Notes: generated from the letters alone by a model not told the origin. Shown: positions 46,072 through 56,851, numbered from the stretch's first letter. The stretch is DNA of 64,000 nucleotides from Methanofastidiosum sp. (GCA_039679445.1 JBDKUY010000025.1:12362-76361); one strand, 5' to 3'. A program made the numbers and translations.

Positions 46072-47655
46072 TTATCTCGCCTCGTGTTCAATATTAAATC
46101 CTTTTTTTATTATGATTGCCTTTTTCCAATTTTTATCCTCGTTTGGATAATCACTTCTATAATGAGCCCCTCTAGATTCTGTTCTTTCTAGAGCAGATAT
46201 GGCTACAGCTTGGGCAACAAAAATAATATTTCTTAATTTGAAGTATTCCAAATAATTTTGTGTTGCGTTTATCTTTTCAAATTTATTTTTTATTTCAGAA
46301 AACTCCTTGATTGCAGTCGTTATTCCTTCTTTGTTTCTAATAATCCCAAGGTATCTCCACATGATCTCTTTTATTTCTTTAATCAGTTCTCTTTCTGAAG
46401 AACTTTCAATAAGTTTAGGTAATGAATCAATATACTTCTTGGTATCTATGTAGTCAAAATCATTTGCTAATGCAAATTCAGATGCATTTTTTCCTGCAAT
46501 TTCCCCAAACACTAAAGTTTCAGCTAAAGCGTTGCCTGCAAGCCTATTGGCCCCGTGCACGCCACCTGCAGTTTCTCCACAGGCATATAATCCTTTGACA
46601 TTTGTTTCGCATTTATCATTTATTTTTAATCCGCCCATGAAGAAATGACAGGAAGGCTTAACAAGAAGATTATCTTTAGTTAGATCAATCCCTTTAGTCA
46701 AGAAAAACCCTAATTCTCTTGAATATTTTGTTTTAAGAATATCCTCGGGAACTTCTTTATAGGATATGAAAACTCCACCATCGGTGCCTCTGCCTTCAAA
46801 GGCTTCGGTGAAAATAGCTCTTGACATTACATCTCGAGTAGTTTTTTCTAAAAGGTTTGAATCATATTTTCCAATGAATCTTTCACCTTTACTATTAAGA
46901 AGAACAGCGCCGTCAGTAAAGATGAATGGTAAAACTAGATAGGATTTAAGTGCCACAGTAGGGAAAAATTGTACATATTCCATATCTATCAAAGAAGCCC
47001 CAACATCTAACCCTAGGTAATACCCATCACCTTCAACATCGGAAGGGTTTGTGGAATTTCTATAGATATTTCCTGCCCCACCAGTTGCAATTATAATAGA
47101 TTTAAATGAAATTTCCAAAAAATTTTTCCCATCGCATACTATTCCGGATACAACTCTACCGTTCTTTTCAAAGAGTTTGATTAAATATTTTCCTTCCAAA
47201 AATTTTATATCATTATTTTTAGCATATTCCATTAGTTTCAATGGGATTATTCTCCCGCACCCAGGACCTGGTGGCTCTACTCTTACAGTTCGTGCAACTG
47301 AATTTCCGCCGGATAGATTAAGGACAAAATTTCCATTTTCTTTTTTATATTGAATTCCGTAATCTTCAAGTGAAAGAATGGCGCTTTTTGTATTTTGAGA
47401 AAGAATTTTTGCTAATTTTGGGTCTGATACATTCGCTGAACCTTTCATTATGTCTTCATAATACAGATCAGAAGAATCATTTTCAGATAATGGCGCATTT
47501 AAAATTCCTTCAGAAATTGAACTGCATCCACCCTTTCCCACATATCCTTTGGTCAATATTATTACGTCTTTGACATATTTTTTAGATTCTATGGCGGCCC
47601 TTAGCCCTGCAAGCCCACCGCCAACTACTAAGACATCACAATTTATCTTTTCCAT
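46072..47655 (-). CDS. FAD flavoprotein of the L-aspartate oxidase / fumarate reductase-succinate dehydrogenase subunit A family
   Basis: VLVVGGGLAGLRAA, GLYACGETAGGVHGANRL, ESRGAHYRSDYP. NadB versus TfrA/SdhA cannot be decided by eye. Confidence 0.7.
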   Translation of the reverse strand: MEKINCDVLVVGGGLAGLRAAIESKKYVKDVIILTKGYVGKGGCSSISEGILNAPLSENDSSDLYYEDIMKGSANVSDPKLAKILSQNTKSAILSLEDYGIQYKKENGNFVLNLSGGNSVARTVRVEPPGPGCGRIIPLKLMEYAKNNDIKFLEGKYLIKLFEKNGRVVSGIVCDGKNFLEISFKSIIIATGGAGNIYRNSTNPSDVEGDGYYLGLDVGASLIDMEYVQFFPTVALKSYLVLPFIFTDGAVLLNSKGERFIGKYDSNLLEKTTRDVMSRAIFTEAFEGRGTDGGVFISYKEVPEDILKTKYSRELGFFLTKGIDLTKDNLLVKPSCHFFMGGLKINDKCETNVKGLYACGETAGGVHGANRLAGNALAETLVFGEIAGKNASEFALANDFDYIDTKKYIDSLPKLIESSSERELIKEIKEIMWRYLGIIRNKEGITTAIKEFSEIKNKFEKINATQNYLEYFKLRNIIFVAQAVAISALERTESRGAHYRSDYPNEDKNWKKAIIIKKGFNIEHEAR

Positions 47656-47664
47656 TTTATAATC

Positions 47665-49509
47665 CTACCTAAAACTAGCTCTTAAAGAAAGTCTTCTTGG
47701 TAGAGGTAAAGGTCTTGTTGGTTTTCCTTTAATAAGATCTAAGAAGCTAGCTTTGAATTCATTTACAGAAGTATTCTTCTGAGATGAATCTTCTCTAGAT
47801 CTAATGTTAATTGTGGAATTCTTAATTTCCTCATCACCTATAACTATAATATATGGAACCCACTCTTTTTCAGCATCTCTTATTTTCTTACCAAGCCTCA
47901 AATCTCTATCATCTATATCGGTCCTTATTCCTGATTTTTCTAAATCTTCCAAAATTTTGAATGAGTATTCCAGTTGCTCTTCGCCTACAGGAAGAACTCT
48001 TACCTGGGTAGGAGATAACCACAATGGAAGCATTGGTTTCTTACCTTTCTTAGACTCTAAGTATGCTGTTTCAAGAAGTGCGTAAAGATTTCTCTCAATT
48101 GCACCTGAAATTGAAGCATGCAACATCAAAGGATATTTTTCTTTTCCATCTTCATCAAAATATTTGATTTCAAATCTTTCTGTATTTTCTATATCAATTT
48201 GAACAGTTGAAAGAGCTGAAGCTTTATTTAATGAATCGACAAAATTAAACTCAAATTTCATCACGAAATAGAATGGCCTTTCATCCCACATTTCAACTAA
48301 AACTGGCCTATTAATTAATGACATAAGCCTTTCCACAAATTCTGTATTTTCGTCATAAAATGATTTTACAAATCTTATAGCAACTTCATAATTTAAATTA
48401 AGTCCTTCCATCCATTTCATTGATAATTTAAATTGTTCGATAAACTCATTCTTTACACTGTCCATGGATGTAGCAAGAGTATGCATATCTGGCATAGTAA
48501 AAGCCCTTAATCGTCTTAAGCCTACTAGCTCGCCCCTTTGTTCTCTTCTGAAGCTGTAACGTGTCAATTCATATAATCTAAGTGGAAGATCTTTGTAAGA
48601 AATTATCATGTCATGTTTCATGAGATATTGGCCAAAACATGCTGCAAATCTTAAGAAATAATTATCATTTCCCGATTTAACTATATATTGCCTTGCCGGA
48701 AATCTATTTAGGTACTTAGAAAGCATTGGATGAGTAATACTATACATTATCGGTGTTTCTACTTCCATTCCCCCGTATTCGAGTATGCTATCGTTAACTC
48801 GAGTTTCTAATAACCTCTTGATTAGAACACCTTTTGGATACCACCTCAAATTTCCAGGATCTGAACCTTTTTCATAATCAACAAGCTCTAAATTTTTCAT
48901 GTATTCAACATGCGGTGGAACCATATCGACTTTTCTAGAGTGGGTAACTTCATATTCTGCTAATTTTTTGAGGCTGTCATGATTTTTAAAATCAAACTTT
49001 TCTTGGGGCATAAGATTTAGGGAAGGATCAAGTATATACCAACTAGATTTAATTCTTTCCTCAGCTTTCAAAGCTTCAGATACGACCTCAGTATCTCTTT
49101 GAGACTTAATACTCCTAGAAAGTTCGGATAGAGGATGGCCTTTACATGATACTTTAAAGGCTTTATAATAACCAAAAGGTGCCCTTTTTACCTCATATTC
49201 TGTTTTTAATTTATTTTCTAAATCTTTCAATAATTTAATAGCTATTTCAGGAGGTGCAAGATTATTACTTAAATGCGCATATGGATACAGAAAAACTTTT
49301 TCTGATTTAACAGATTTTGATACTTCTGCAACTTCATTAAATGCTTTATCAATTACAGAATCATCGTCACCTTCTTCAACAGCAACAAAGACCGAAAGAC
49401 AATCTTCCATTCTGCCTTCCTTTAAAGAATCTTCAATCTCCTCAGCTATTTTTGTCTTTGAAGTAATTTCATACTCTAAATAGTCACTATGTATTAAAAG
49501 AATCTGCAT
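47665..49509 (-). CDS. thrS: Threonyl-tRNA synthetase, archaeal type with N-terminal editing domain
   Basis: MQILLIHSDYLEYE... archaeal editing domain. Class II core (FRREQRGELVGLRRLRAFTMPDMH) and a C-terminal anticodon-binding domain. Confidence 0.9.
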   Translation of the reverse strand: MQILLIHSDYLEYEITSKTKIAEEIEDSLKEGRMEDCLSVFVAVEEGDDDSVIDKAFNEVAEVSKSVKSEKVFLYPYAHLSNNLAPPEIAIKLLKDLENKLKTEYEVKRAPFGYYKAFKVSCKGHPLSELSRSIKSQRDTEVVSEALKAEERIKSSWYILDPSLNLMPQEKFDFKNHDSLKKLAEYEVTHSRKVDMVPPHVEYMKNLELVDYEKGSDPGNLRWYPKGVLIKRLLETRVNDSILEYGGMEVETPIMYSITHPMLSKYLNRFPARQYIVKSGNDNYFLRFAACFGQYLMKHDMIISYKDLPLRLYELTRYSFRREQRGELVGLRRLRAFTMPDMHTLATSMDSVKNEFIEQFKLSMKWMEGLNLNYEVAIRFVKSFYDENTEFVERLMSLINRPVLVEMWDERPFYFVMKFEFNFVDSLNKASALSTVQIDIENTERFEIKYFDEDGKEKYPLMLHASISGAIERNLYALLETAYLESKKGKKPMLPLWLSPTQVRVLPVGEEQLEYSFKILEDLEKSGIRTDIDDRDLRLGKKIRDAEKEWVPYIIVIGDEEIKNSTINIRSREDSSQKNTSVNEFKASFLDLIKGKPTRPLPLPRRLSLRASFR

Positions 49510-49632
49510 AGATTCACCATTAAAAAGATTATATTATAGAAGCAATCTTAATGCGTAACTTATATAACTTTCGGAATAGATTCCTTATTTTAGAAAGGTA
49601 AATCTTTAATAGTTACAATTCATATATATTTT

Positions 49633-50178
49633 ATGGAAGGGATTCTTGCGATAACTGGTGCAAGTGGAGTTATATACGGCATCAAATTGTTGGAAAATTT
49701 GAAAGGCAACATACATTTAATTGTAAGTGAAAGTGCAAAGAAAATAATTAAGGATGAAACAAATTACGAGTTAGATAAATTAAATAAATATGCATACAAA
49801 GTCTATAAAAATAGTGAAATGAAGGCACCTATTGCTTCAGGGAGCTACCCTTTTGATTATATGGTCATATGCCCCGCTACAATTTCAACTATTTCCAAGA
49901 TAGCTGTAGGTATTCAAGATAATCTGATTACTAGAGCCGCAGCTGTATCTCTAAAAGAAAAAAGAAAATTGGTTATTGTTCCACGAGAAACTCCCTTGAC
50001 TTCAATAAATCTAAAAAACATGGCAACTCTCTCTGACGAGGGTGCTGTTATACTACCTGCAATGCCAGCTTTTTACCATAAGCCCAAAAATATAGATGAA
50101 GTTACAAATTTTGTAGTTGGGAGGATTTTAGATCAAGTTGGTGTAGAAAACAATTTATTCAAAAGATGGGGAACTTAG
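49633..50178 (+). CDS. ubiX: Flavin prenyltransferase UbiX/Pad1 family
   Basis: ITGASGVIYGIKLLENL...VICPATISTISKIAVG...VPRETPL. Confidence 0.85.
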   Translation: MEGILAITGASGVIYGIKLLENLKGNIHLIVSESAKKIIKDETNYELDKLNKYAYKVYKNSEMKAPIASGSYPFDYMVICPATISTISKIAVGIQDNLITRAAAVSLKEKRKLVIVPRETPLTSINLKNMATLSDEGAVILPAMPAFYHKPKNIDEVTNFVVGRILDQVGVENNLFKRWGT

Positions 50179-50190
50179 GAAAAATATAAA

Positions 50191-51546
50191 TTATTTTAAT
50201 TTTTTAAGTACAAGTTCAGCACAAATTTGAACAGGATCTATGGTTGGAGACAAAGGTGGGCTATAACAATTCTCTATTTTTGCCAAATCATTAATCTTAA
50301 TACCTTTTTGAACAGCAAAACCTACTGCAAGTGTTCTAGCAAATATACCTTCTTCGCCTATAGCTTGGAATCCCAATATATCACCTTCAGTAGACGCTAG
50401 AATTTTGATAATTATATCTTTATATCCCGGATAATATTCTGCCCTAGACTTACCTTTGTATCTGGCCTTGACATATTCTACCCCCATAGTAGATAAATTA
50501 TCTTCTGTTACTCCAAATGCCCCAATTTTTAAATCGAAGAAATCCATTATTGTGAGATTAATTACAGGATTTAATTCTAAATTTCCCCCAACAGAATTTA
50601 TTCCAGCAATTTTTCCACCCCTAACAGCATTTGTTCCTAGGCTTGAAGAAAATTGCTCACCTGTGAAAAAATATTTAACGCTTGCGCAATCCCCGCAAGC
50701 ATATATGCCATCAATTGATGTTTGAAGTCTTGAATCTGTCTTTATCCCTTTTTGAATCTCAATTCCACAATCTTTAGCTAAATAAGTATTTGTTCTGGTT
50801 CCAGAAGCCATTATGATGATGTCTGCATCTATTAATTCATTGTCGGCAATCAAGCCTTGAACTTTATCCTCACCAGCTATATTAATAACATTCTTATCTG
50901 TTACTAGGTTTATTCCTTTGCCCTTCAAATAATCTACAATTAATTCACTCATGTCCATGTCGATTTGCTGTCTTAATGGCCTATTTTCGTTAGAAACTAT
51001 AATTACATCAAGCCCTCTATTCTTCAGAGCATACGCCATTTCTAAGGATATTCTGCCAGAAATGCATCCTTTACATGCTGCTTTACACCCCCATCCGTAT
51101 GCATATATAATTGCTTTTTTTGAAGCGTCTATTTTTTTAGATAGGTTTATTGCATCATCTAGAGTTCTTATGAAATAGATACCTTCGGGATATTTATAGC
51201 CAATTTTATAATTGCATGGGATAGCGCCAGTTGCCAGAATCAACGAATCATAACTTATTTCAGAATTATCTTCGAGAATTACTTTTTTATCATGGGGATT
51301 TATTTTCTTAATTTCTTTATTAAGCAAAAGATTTATTTTTTGTTTTTCATAGAATTCTTTTGGAAATATTATAAGCTTATCAAAATTTTCGATATCACCA
51401 GATACCACATATGGGAGGCCACATAATGAATATTGAGGAAAATTTTGTTTTTCAATTAATGTAATCTCAGCATTTTTATCAAATTTTCTTGCTTCTAGAG
51501 CCGCTTCTGAACCCGCTGCGCCTCCTCCGACAATTACAAGTTTCAT
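50191..51546 (-). CDS. NADH oxidase/CoA-disulfide reductase-family flavoprotein with atypical second dinucleotide motif
   Basis: IVGGGAAGSEAA, redox Cys in YSLCGLPY, ACGDCA. The second GxGxxG region reads AYGWGCKAACKGCISGRISLEMA. Confidence 0.7.
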   Translation of the reverse strand: MKLVIVGGGAAGSEAALEARKFDKNAEITLIEKQNFPQYSLCGLPYVVSGDIENFDKLIIFPKEFYEKQKINLLLNKEIKKINPHDKKVILEDNSEISYDSLILATGAIPCNYKIGYKYPEGIYFIRTLDDAINLSKKIDASKKAIIYAYGWGCKAACKGCISGRISLEMAYALKNRGLDVIIVSNENRPLRQQIDMDMSELIVDYLKGKGINLVTDKNVINIAGEDKVQGLIADNELIDADIIIMASGTRTNTYLAKDCGIEIQKGIKTDSRLQTSIDGIYACGDCASVKYFFTGEQFSSSLGTNAVRGGKIAGINSVGGNLELNPVINLTIMDFFDLKIGAFGVTEDNLSTMGVEYVKARYKGKSRAEYYPGYKDIIIKILASTEGDILGFQAIGEEGIFARTLAVGFAVQKGIKINDLAKIENCYSPPLSPTIDPVQICAELVLKKLK

Positions 51547-51657
51547 ATAAATCGTCTCTAAATATAAAAATTAAGTATTATTTAAATATATTCTTAAGGA
51601 TATAAGGCCATCATATCTAAGAATAAAGAAAAAAATTAGACTAAATTAATTAGTTCG

Positions 51658-52005
51658 CTAATGTAATTTGTCAAGTCTGTTTACTAAGTCATCTTTCATT
51701 AGGCAACTAATAGCATCATCTACTGTTTGTTCCTCAGTGATTACAGCCATTATATTATGTCTAACTAAGTCATTATAGATGCCCTGGCCCATTCCGTAAC
51801 ATATGACTAAATTACAGTCTTGTATGTTATTAATCATACTTGAATGGTCACAACTACCACACTGCCCGTTACTTTTTCCAATATTTTGTCGGTATTCTTC
51901 TCTAATTATGGCGTTTTCTTTTATTTCAAAAACTCTGAACCCCAGAGTTCTACCAAAGTGATGAGATATAGTCACTTTGTCGTCAGTTGCTATGGCTACC
52001 TTCAT
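51658..52005 (-). CDS. NifX/NifB-C-terminal-like (dinitrogenase FeMo-cofactor-binding fold) protein
   Basis: MKVAIATDD..ISHHFGRTLGFRVFEI...VICYGMGQGIYNDL. Confidence 0.6.
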   Translation of the reverse strand: MKVAIATDDKVTISHHFGRTLGFRVFEIKENAIIREEYRQNIGKSNGQCGSCDHSSMINNIQDCNLVICYGMGQGIYNDLVRHNIMAVITEEQTVDDAISCLMKDDLVNRLDKLH

Positions 52006-52124
52006 AGATACACCTCTTTATGAATAATTATTCATAATATTTATAAATGTTTGCTAGTAACAATAATAAGACTAGGCATAGATAACGATTTAAGTAAAAA
52101 AGAAGAGAAAAAGTTGGTGTTTAT

Positions 52125-52529
52125 TTGGAGATAGGAACATATTTCTTTAGAGATGATTTATTTTACTCTAAAACACATGAATGGATGAAAATTGAAGGCG
52201 ATATATGTATTATCGGGATAGATGATTATTCCCAAAGAGAGATAGGAGAAATAGCTTATATCGAACTTCCTGCAATAGGTACTAATGTCAAACAATTTGG
52301 ATTATTATGTCAAATCGAATCTGTTAAGACTGTGTTGGATATTTTTTCTCCTATGTCTGGAACAATAATAGAAACTAATAAAGAAATTGAAAATTCGCCC
52401 GATCTTTTGAATACTAAACCATACGATTCATGGATATGTAAGATTAAATCCTCAGAACTTGATGAAAAAATAAATTTAATGAACATAAATGAATACATAG
52501 AATTCATTAAAGGAGTAATAGATAAATAA
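52125..52529 (+). CDS. gcvH: Glycine cleavage system H / lipoyl-carrier protein
   Basis: YSKTHEWMKIEGD...GIDDYSQREIGEI..IELP..G........IESVKTV.DIFSP.SG. Confidence 0.8.
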   Translation: MEIGTYFFRDDLFYSKTHEWMKIEGDICIIGIDDYSQREIGEIAYIELPAIGTNVKQFGLLCQIESVKTVLDIFSPMSGTIIETNKEIENSPDLLNTKPYDSWICKIKSSELDEKINLMNINEYIEFIKGVIDK

Positions 52530-52822
52530 AATTTAACTTATCTCCACACTGGAACTCTCCTAAAGATAAAATCCAAATATCCTTTGAACCTAACAAATGC
52601 ATACAAAGGCCTATAGAAAATGATAATTATTGGAGAAATTAGAAAATAGGAAAGGTCCTTCTTCTCTTTTACAACTTCTAAATCAGAATACCCAGTATTA
52701 AAATTCTTAATATAGAATGATACCGATCCTTTATCTTTGTCAAAAGATCTATCCTGACATTCCGGGCAAGACATTATCAGACAATATTAAATCAAAACTA
52801 GAGTTTTCTATTTTTCCATTGC

Positions 52823-55111
52823 TTAGCATTTTGTATACCCACAACATTTGCAACTTACACATCCTTCAGAAAATACTAATACTTCACCGCATTCTGGACA
52901 TTGCGCTGGCATTCCATTACTATTAGCCGCTCCGTTTGAGGTTACTACCAAATCTAGTCTTTCTTGTTTTGTGTTTAGTTCTTTCTTAATATACCTATCC
53001 AAAACTATAGCTATTGCATCAGCACAAGAATGAACAGGTATACCCTCGTCCCATGTAGGCATTGGACATCTGATATGTCTTAACTGCTCCAATATAGATT
53101 CAATTCCTATTCCAGATCTCAAGGCCAATGATATTAACCTTGCTATTGCTTCGTTCTGACTTGCGGGACAACCTCCAGATTTACCCATTTGCATAAATAT
53201 TTCGCAAAGCCCATATTCATCCTCGTTTATAGTAACATAAAGATTACCACAACCAGTTCTTATCTTTTCTGTAAATCCTTTAGTTACTTTTGGTCTTGGC
53301 CTTGGGGCCTTTTGGATAGAAGTTTCTTTTTTATTAACTTTCCCAATGTTCAAAACTTGTTCGTCTCTAGATCCATCCCTATATATAGTAGTCCCCTTGA
53401 GCCCACTTCTGTAAGCTAATAGATAAGCTTGCATGACATCCTTCTCAGTTGCACTTTTTGGGAAATTAATAGTTTTTGAAACAGCGTTATCTGTATACTC
53501 TTGAAATGCCGCTTGGATTCTTATATGCCATTCTGGAACAATATCGTGAGCAGTTACAAATATTTTTTTAATGTCTTCAGGTATTTCTTCTATATTTTTT
53601 AAAGTGCCTTCCCTTGCAATTCTCTTCATTAGCTCTTGATTGTAAATTCCTCGCTCATTGGATATTTCTGCAAAAACAGGATTAATTTCTAAAAGTTCAT
53701 CTTTATCCATCACATTTCGGATATAGGATATTGCGAATATAGGCTCTATTCCACTAGAACTACCTGCTATGAGGCTTATAGTACCAGTTGGTGCTATTGT
53801 AGTTACAGTTGCATTTCTAATTGGCATTTCTCTTCTGTCATGAAATACACTATTTTCAAAATTTGGAAAAGGCCCCCTCTTTGAAGCAAGTTCTCTTGAA
53901 GTTTCACTAGCTTCTTCTTTAATGAACTTCATTAAGATTTTTGCGAGATCGACTGCATCTTCTGAATTATATGGTACCCCCAGTTTTAGAAGCATGTCTG
54001 CAAAGCCCATGACCCCTAATCCTATTTTCCTGTTGCCTTTTGTCATGTCTTCAATTTGGGCCAAAGGATACCTATTAACATCAATAACATTATCTAGAAA
54101 ATGAACAGACTTCTTTACAACTTCTCTTAAATGGTCAAAATCTATTTCATATCCTTTATTAGTTTTCTTTAAAAATTTTGAAACATTTATTGAACCAAGA
54201 TTACAAGATTCATAGGGGAGAAGAGGTTGTTCTCCACAGGGATTAGTACTTTCGATTTCACCTATAGCGGGAGTTGGATTCCCTCTGTTTAGTCTATCAA
54301 TAAATACTATGCCGGGTTCTCCATTTTTCCAGGCCATATTTACTATTAGATTAAAAACTTCTATTGCACTTAATTTACCATCTACTTTCCCTGTTCTCGG
54401 ATTAAAAAGTTCATAATCTTTTCCATTTTCAAATGCTTCTATGAACTTATCTGTAATCGCCACGGATATATTAAAATTATTAAGTTTAGTATTCTCTTCT
54501 TTACATTTAATGAATTCTAGGATATCAGGGTGATCCACCCTTAAAATTGCCATATTGGCCCCTCTTCTTGTTCCACCCTGTTTTATCGTTTCTGTAGCTG
54601 TGTCAAATACAGTCATAAAAGAAACTGGGCCACTTGATATACCTTTAGTTGTCAGGACTACATCATTTTTAGGTCTAAGCCTTGAGAAGGAAAATCCAGT
54701 TCCACCACCGCTTTTGTGGATCAAAGCCGTATATTTTATTGCGTCAAATATACTATCAATTGAATCTTCAACAGGCAAAACAAAACATGCAGATAATTGG
54801 CCAAGTTCTCTCCCGGCGTTCATCAATGTAGGTGAATTTGGAAGGAATTCAAAATTTGTCATCATTTGATAAAACTCTTTAGTTAATCCTTCAACATCTG
54901 CATTTTCGTCATAAAGTAAATCAGCTATTGCGATACTTTTTGATACTCTTAAAAAGAGGTCATTTGGAGTTTCTATCACATTTCCTTCTTGATCCTTTTT
55001 TAGGTATCTCCTTTCTAATACTTTTATCGCATTATCTGACAAATTTAATGGCTCTTCTGCATAATCAGTACTACCACCCTTATCATAATTATAACCCTCA
55101 GAAACTGCCAT
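52823..55111 (-). CDS. nrdJ: Adenosylcobalamin-dependent (class II) ribonucleotide reductase with C-terminal Zn ribbon
   Basis: NSPTLMNAG, STNPCGEQPLLPYESCNLGS, C-terminal CPECG...CVSCKCCG. No N-terminal ATP-cone. Confidence 0.85.
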   Translation of the reverse strand: MAVSEGYNYDKGGSTDYAEEPLNLSDNAIKVLERRYLKKDQEGNVIETPNDLFLRVSKSIAIADLLYDENADVEGLTKEFYQMMTNFEFLPNSPTLMNAGRELGQLSACFVLPVEDSIDSIFDAIKYTALIHKSGGGTGFSFSRLRPKNDVVLTTKGISSGPVSFMTVFDTATETIKQGGTRRGANMAILRVDHPDILEFIKCKEENTKLNNFNISVAITDKFIEAFENGKDYELFNPRTGKVDGKLSAIEVFNLIVNMAWKNGEPGIVFIDRLNRGNPTPAIGEIESTNPCGEQPLLPYESCNLGSINVSKFLKKTNKGYEIDFDHLREVVKKSVHFLDNVIDVNRYPLAQIEDMTKGNRKIGLGVMGFADMLLKLGVPYNSEDAVDLAKILMKFIKEEASETSRELASKRGPFPNFENSVFHDRREMPIRNATVTTIAPTGTISLIAGSSSGIEPIFAISYIRNVMDKDELLEINPVFAEISNERGIYNQELMKRIAREGTLKNIEEIPEDIKKIFVTAHDIVPEWHIRIQAAFQEYTDNAVSKTINFPKSATEKDVMQAYLLAYRSGLKGTTIYRDGSRDEQVLNIGKVNKKETSIQKAPRPRPKVTKGFTEKIRTGCGNLYVTINEDEYGLCEIFMQMGKSGGCPASQNEAIARLISLALRSGIGIESILEQLRHIRCPMPTWDEGIPVHSCADAIAIVLDRYIKKELNTKQERLDLVVTSNGAANSNGMPAQCPECGEVLVFSEGCVSCKCCGYTKC

Positions 55112-55326
55112 GCTAATATAAATCCCTCCAATTCATATGTTAGTCCAAACTATTTTATTGATTAATTTGTTAATTATAAATCTTTTGGTAAACGATTTTT
55201 AAAATTTGATATTGCAAAAATTATTCCATTAAAACTGTTTTGATACATCAAAAATTATTTCTAATGTTCGATTTGAATGTTTTTTTATATCATTAATTAT
55301 TTAAAGAAATATTATTTTTTTATATT

Positions 55327-55986
55327 ATGCATAAAACAGCAAGCATTGACATTGAAAAAGACATCATAAAAGAGAATTCAATGATAGCAAATGATAATAG
55401 TAAACTTCTAAAGAAATATGGAATTAAATCTTATAATGTAATGGGTGCGATAGGCTCTGGAAAAACTTCTCTAATAGAAATTGCCATTGATGCTTTAGTG
55501 AAAAAAGGAAAAAAGGTTGGCATTATTGCAGGAGATGTAGTTGCTGAGTATGACTCTAATAGATTTAGAAAACACAAATGCCTTGTAATTCCATTAAATA
55601 CTGGAAAGGAGTGCCATCTAGATGCACACTTGATATCCCATGAACTGGAAGATCTAGAGGAAAGAGGAATTCTCCAAGACCTCGATTATTTTATAATGGA
55701 AAATGTGGGAAATTTAATATGTCCTTCAGATTTTACACTAGGTGAAGACAAAAGAATTGTTATTGTCAGTGTAAGTGAGGGAGATGATATAGTATTGAAA
55801 CACCCAATAATATTCAGGTTTTCAGATGTATGTATAATCAATAAAATTGATATCGCCGAAGCTGTTGATGCAAGCCCTGAAAAAATGGAAAGGGATTGTC
55901 TTTCGCTTAATCCTAAAATAAAAATTATCAAAACATCTGTAAAGAAAAATATAGGAATATCAGAATGGTTAGATATATTCGAATAA
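55327..55986 (+). CDS. hypB: Hydrogenase nickel-incorporation GTPase HypB
   Basis: GAIGSGKTS, GKECHLDAH, ENVGNLICP, NKIDI. Confidence 0.85.
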   Translation: MHKTASIDIEKDIIKENSMIANDNSKLLKKYGIKSYNVMGAIGSGKTSLIEIAIDALVKKGKKVGIIAGDVVAEYDSNRFRKHKCLVIPLNTGKECHLDAHLISHELEDLEERGILQDLDYFIMENVGNLICPSDFTLGEDKRIVIVSVSEGDDIVLKHPIIFRFSDVCIINKIDIAEAVDASPEKMERDCLSLNPKIKIIKTSVKKNIGISEWLDIFE

Positions 55987-56011
55987 GATACATTTATTAA
56001 GATATTAATAA

Positions 56012-56851
56012 TTATTTATAGTCTTTCAAAAATTTTCGGGTATCTTCTGTATTCATCCAGCCCTCATCCAGTTGTTTTATGACATCATCGATCTTCTCAA
56101 TCTGGGCTAATAAGTTTTGTTTTATCTCTGGTTCATTTATTCTAACATGTGTGAAGGTACTAAGTATTGCCAATGGATTCCGGATATGATCAATAAGATG
56201 AGCAAATTTTTCAATATTATTTTCTATTTGAACTAAAGCCTTTTTTCTTTCTGTAATATCCCTAAATGCAGTCACCGCACCGATGATTTCGGCATTTTGT
56301 GTAATAAACTTATTATTGGCTTCTACCATAATTGTGCTGCCATTTTTGTGATTTAATTCTAGTTCTATTCTTCCGTCAGGAGTATTGCTTATTCCTTGTC
56401 TATACATCTTAGCCAAAGTGGGGATATATTTGACATCAAGAATCCCCACGTCCATGAAACTTTTTCCAAGTAATTCTTCTTTCTTGTAACCTAATTTTGT
56501 TTCAATTCTTTTATTAATATCTAATATTTTCCCGTATTTATCGACATAAAGAATAATATCTCCAACGGTGTCCAGTATAATCTTATTCTTTCTCTCACCT
56601 TCAGTCATAATTTGAGTGGATGATTTTATTTTGTTAAATCCACGATTTATCAAATAAAAGACCAATAATGAAGTCAATAATATAAATAATATATCTTTAA
56701 AAGTTTGGAAAAAAACCAACGTAGGAACGTCTTTTGCACGCATAGCCAAAAATACGTCAGAGAATATAATCCATACGATTCCCATAACAAAATAAACACT
56801 GACAATAATAATTGGATTTTCGAAAGAAATTTTTTCATCTGATTGGCCCAT
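56012..56851 (-). CDS. Membrane-anchored PAS domain protein with an H-box (DHp) but no ATPase domain
   Basis: Two N-terminal TM helices, PAS (ILDTVGDIILYVDKYGKILDINKR...GKSF), H-box FAHLIDHIRNPLAIL. The ORF ends about 45 aa later. Confidence 0.6.
   Translation of the reverse strand: MGQSDEKISFENPIIIVSVYFVMGIVWIIFSDVFLAMRAKDVPTLVFFQTFKDILFILLTSLLVFYLINRGFNKIKSSTQIMTEGERKNKIILDTVGDIILYVDKYGKILDINKRIETKLGYKKEELLGKSFMDVGILDVKYIPTLAKMYRQGISNTPDGRIELELNHKNGSTIMVEANNKFITQNAEIIGAVTAFRDITERKKALVQIENNIEKFAHLIDHIRNPLAILSTFTHVRINEPEIKQNLLAQIEKIDDVIKQLDEGWMNTEDTRKFLKDYK

Noticed and set aside
52538-52774. 78-aa ORF downstream of nrdJ (MSCPECQDRSF... with one hydrophobic segment).
   Set aside because: Only half of a Zn-ribbon-like motif is present and the sequence is otherwise featureless. 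It could be real, but there is not enough support to annotate it.
55139-55154. gttagtccaaactatt upstream of nrdJ resembles the element's operator (gttagtccaactatt) with one extra A.
   Set aside because: Only about 15 nt match, with an indel, and the second palindrome arm (taggact) is missing. Too short to separate from chance in AT-rich DNA without genome-wide counts.
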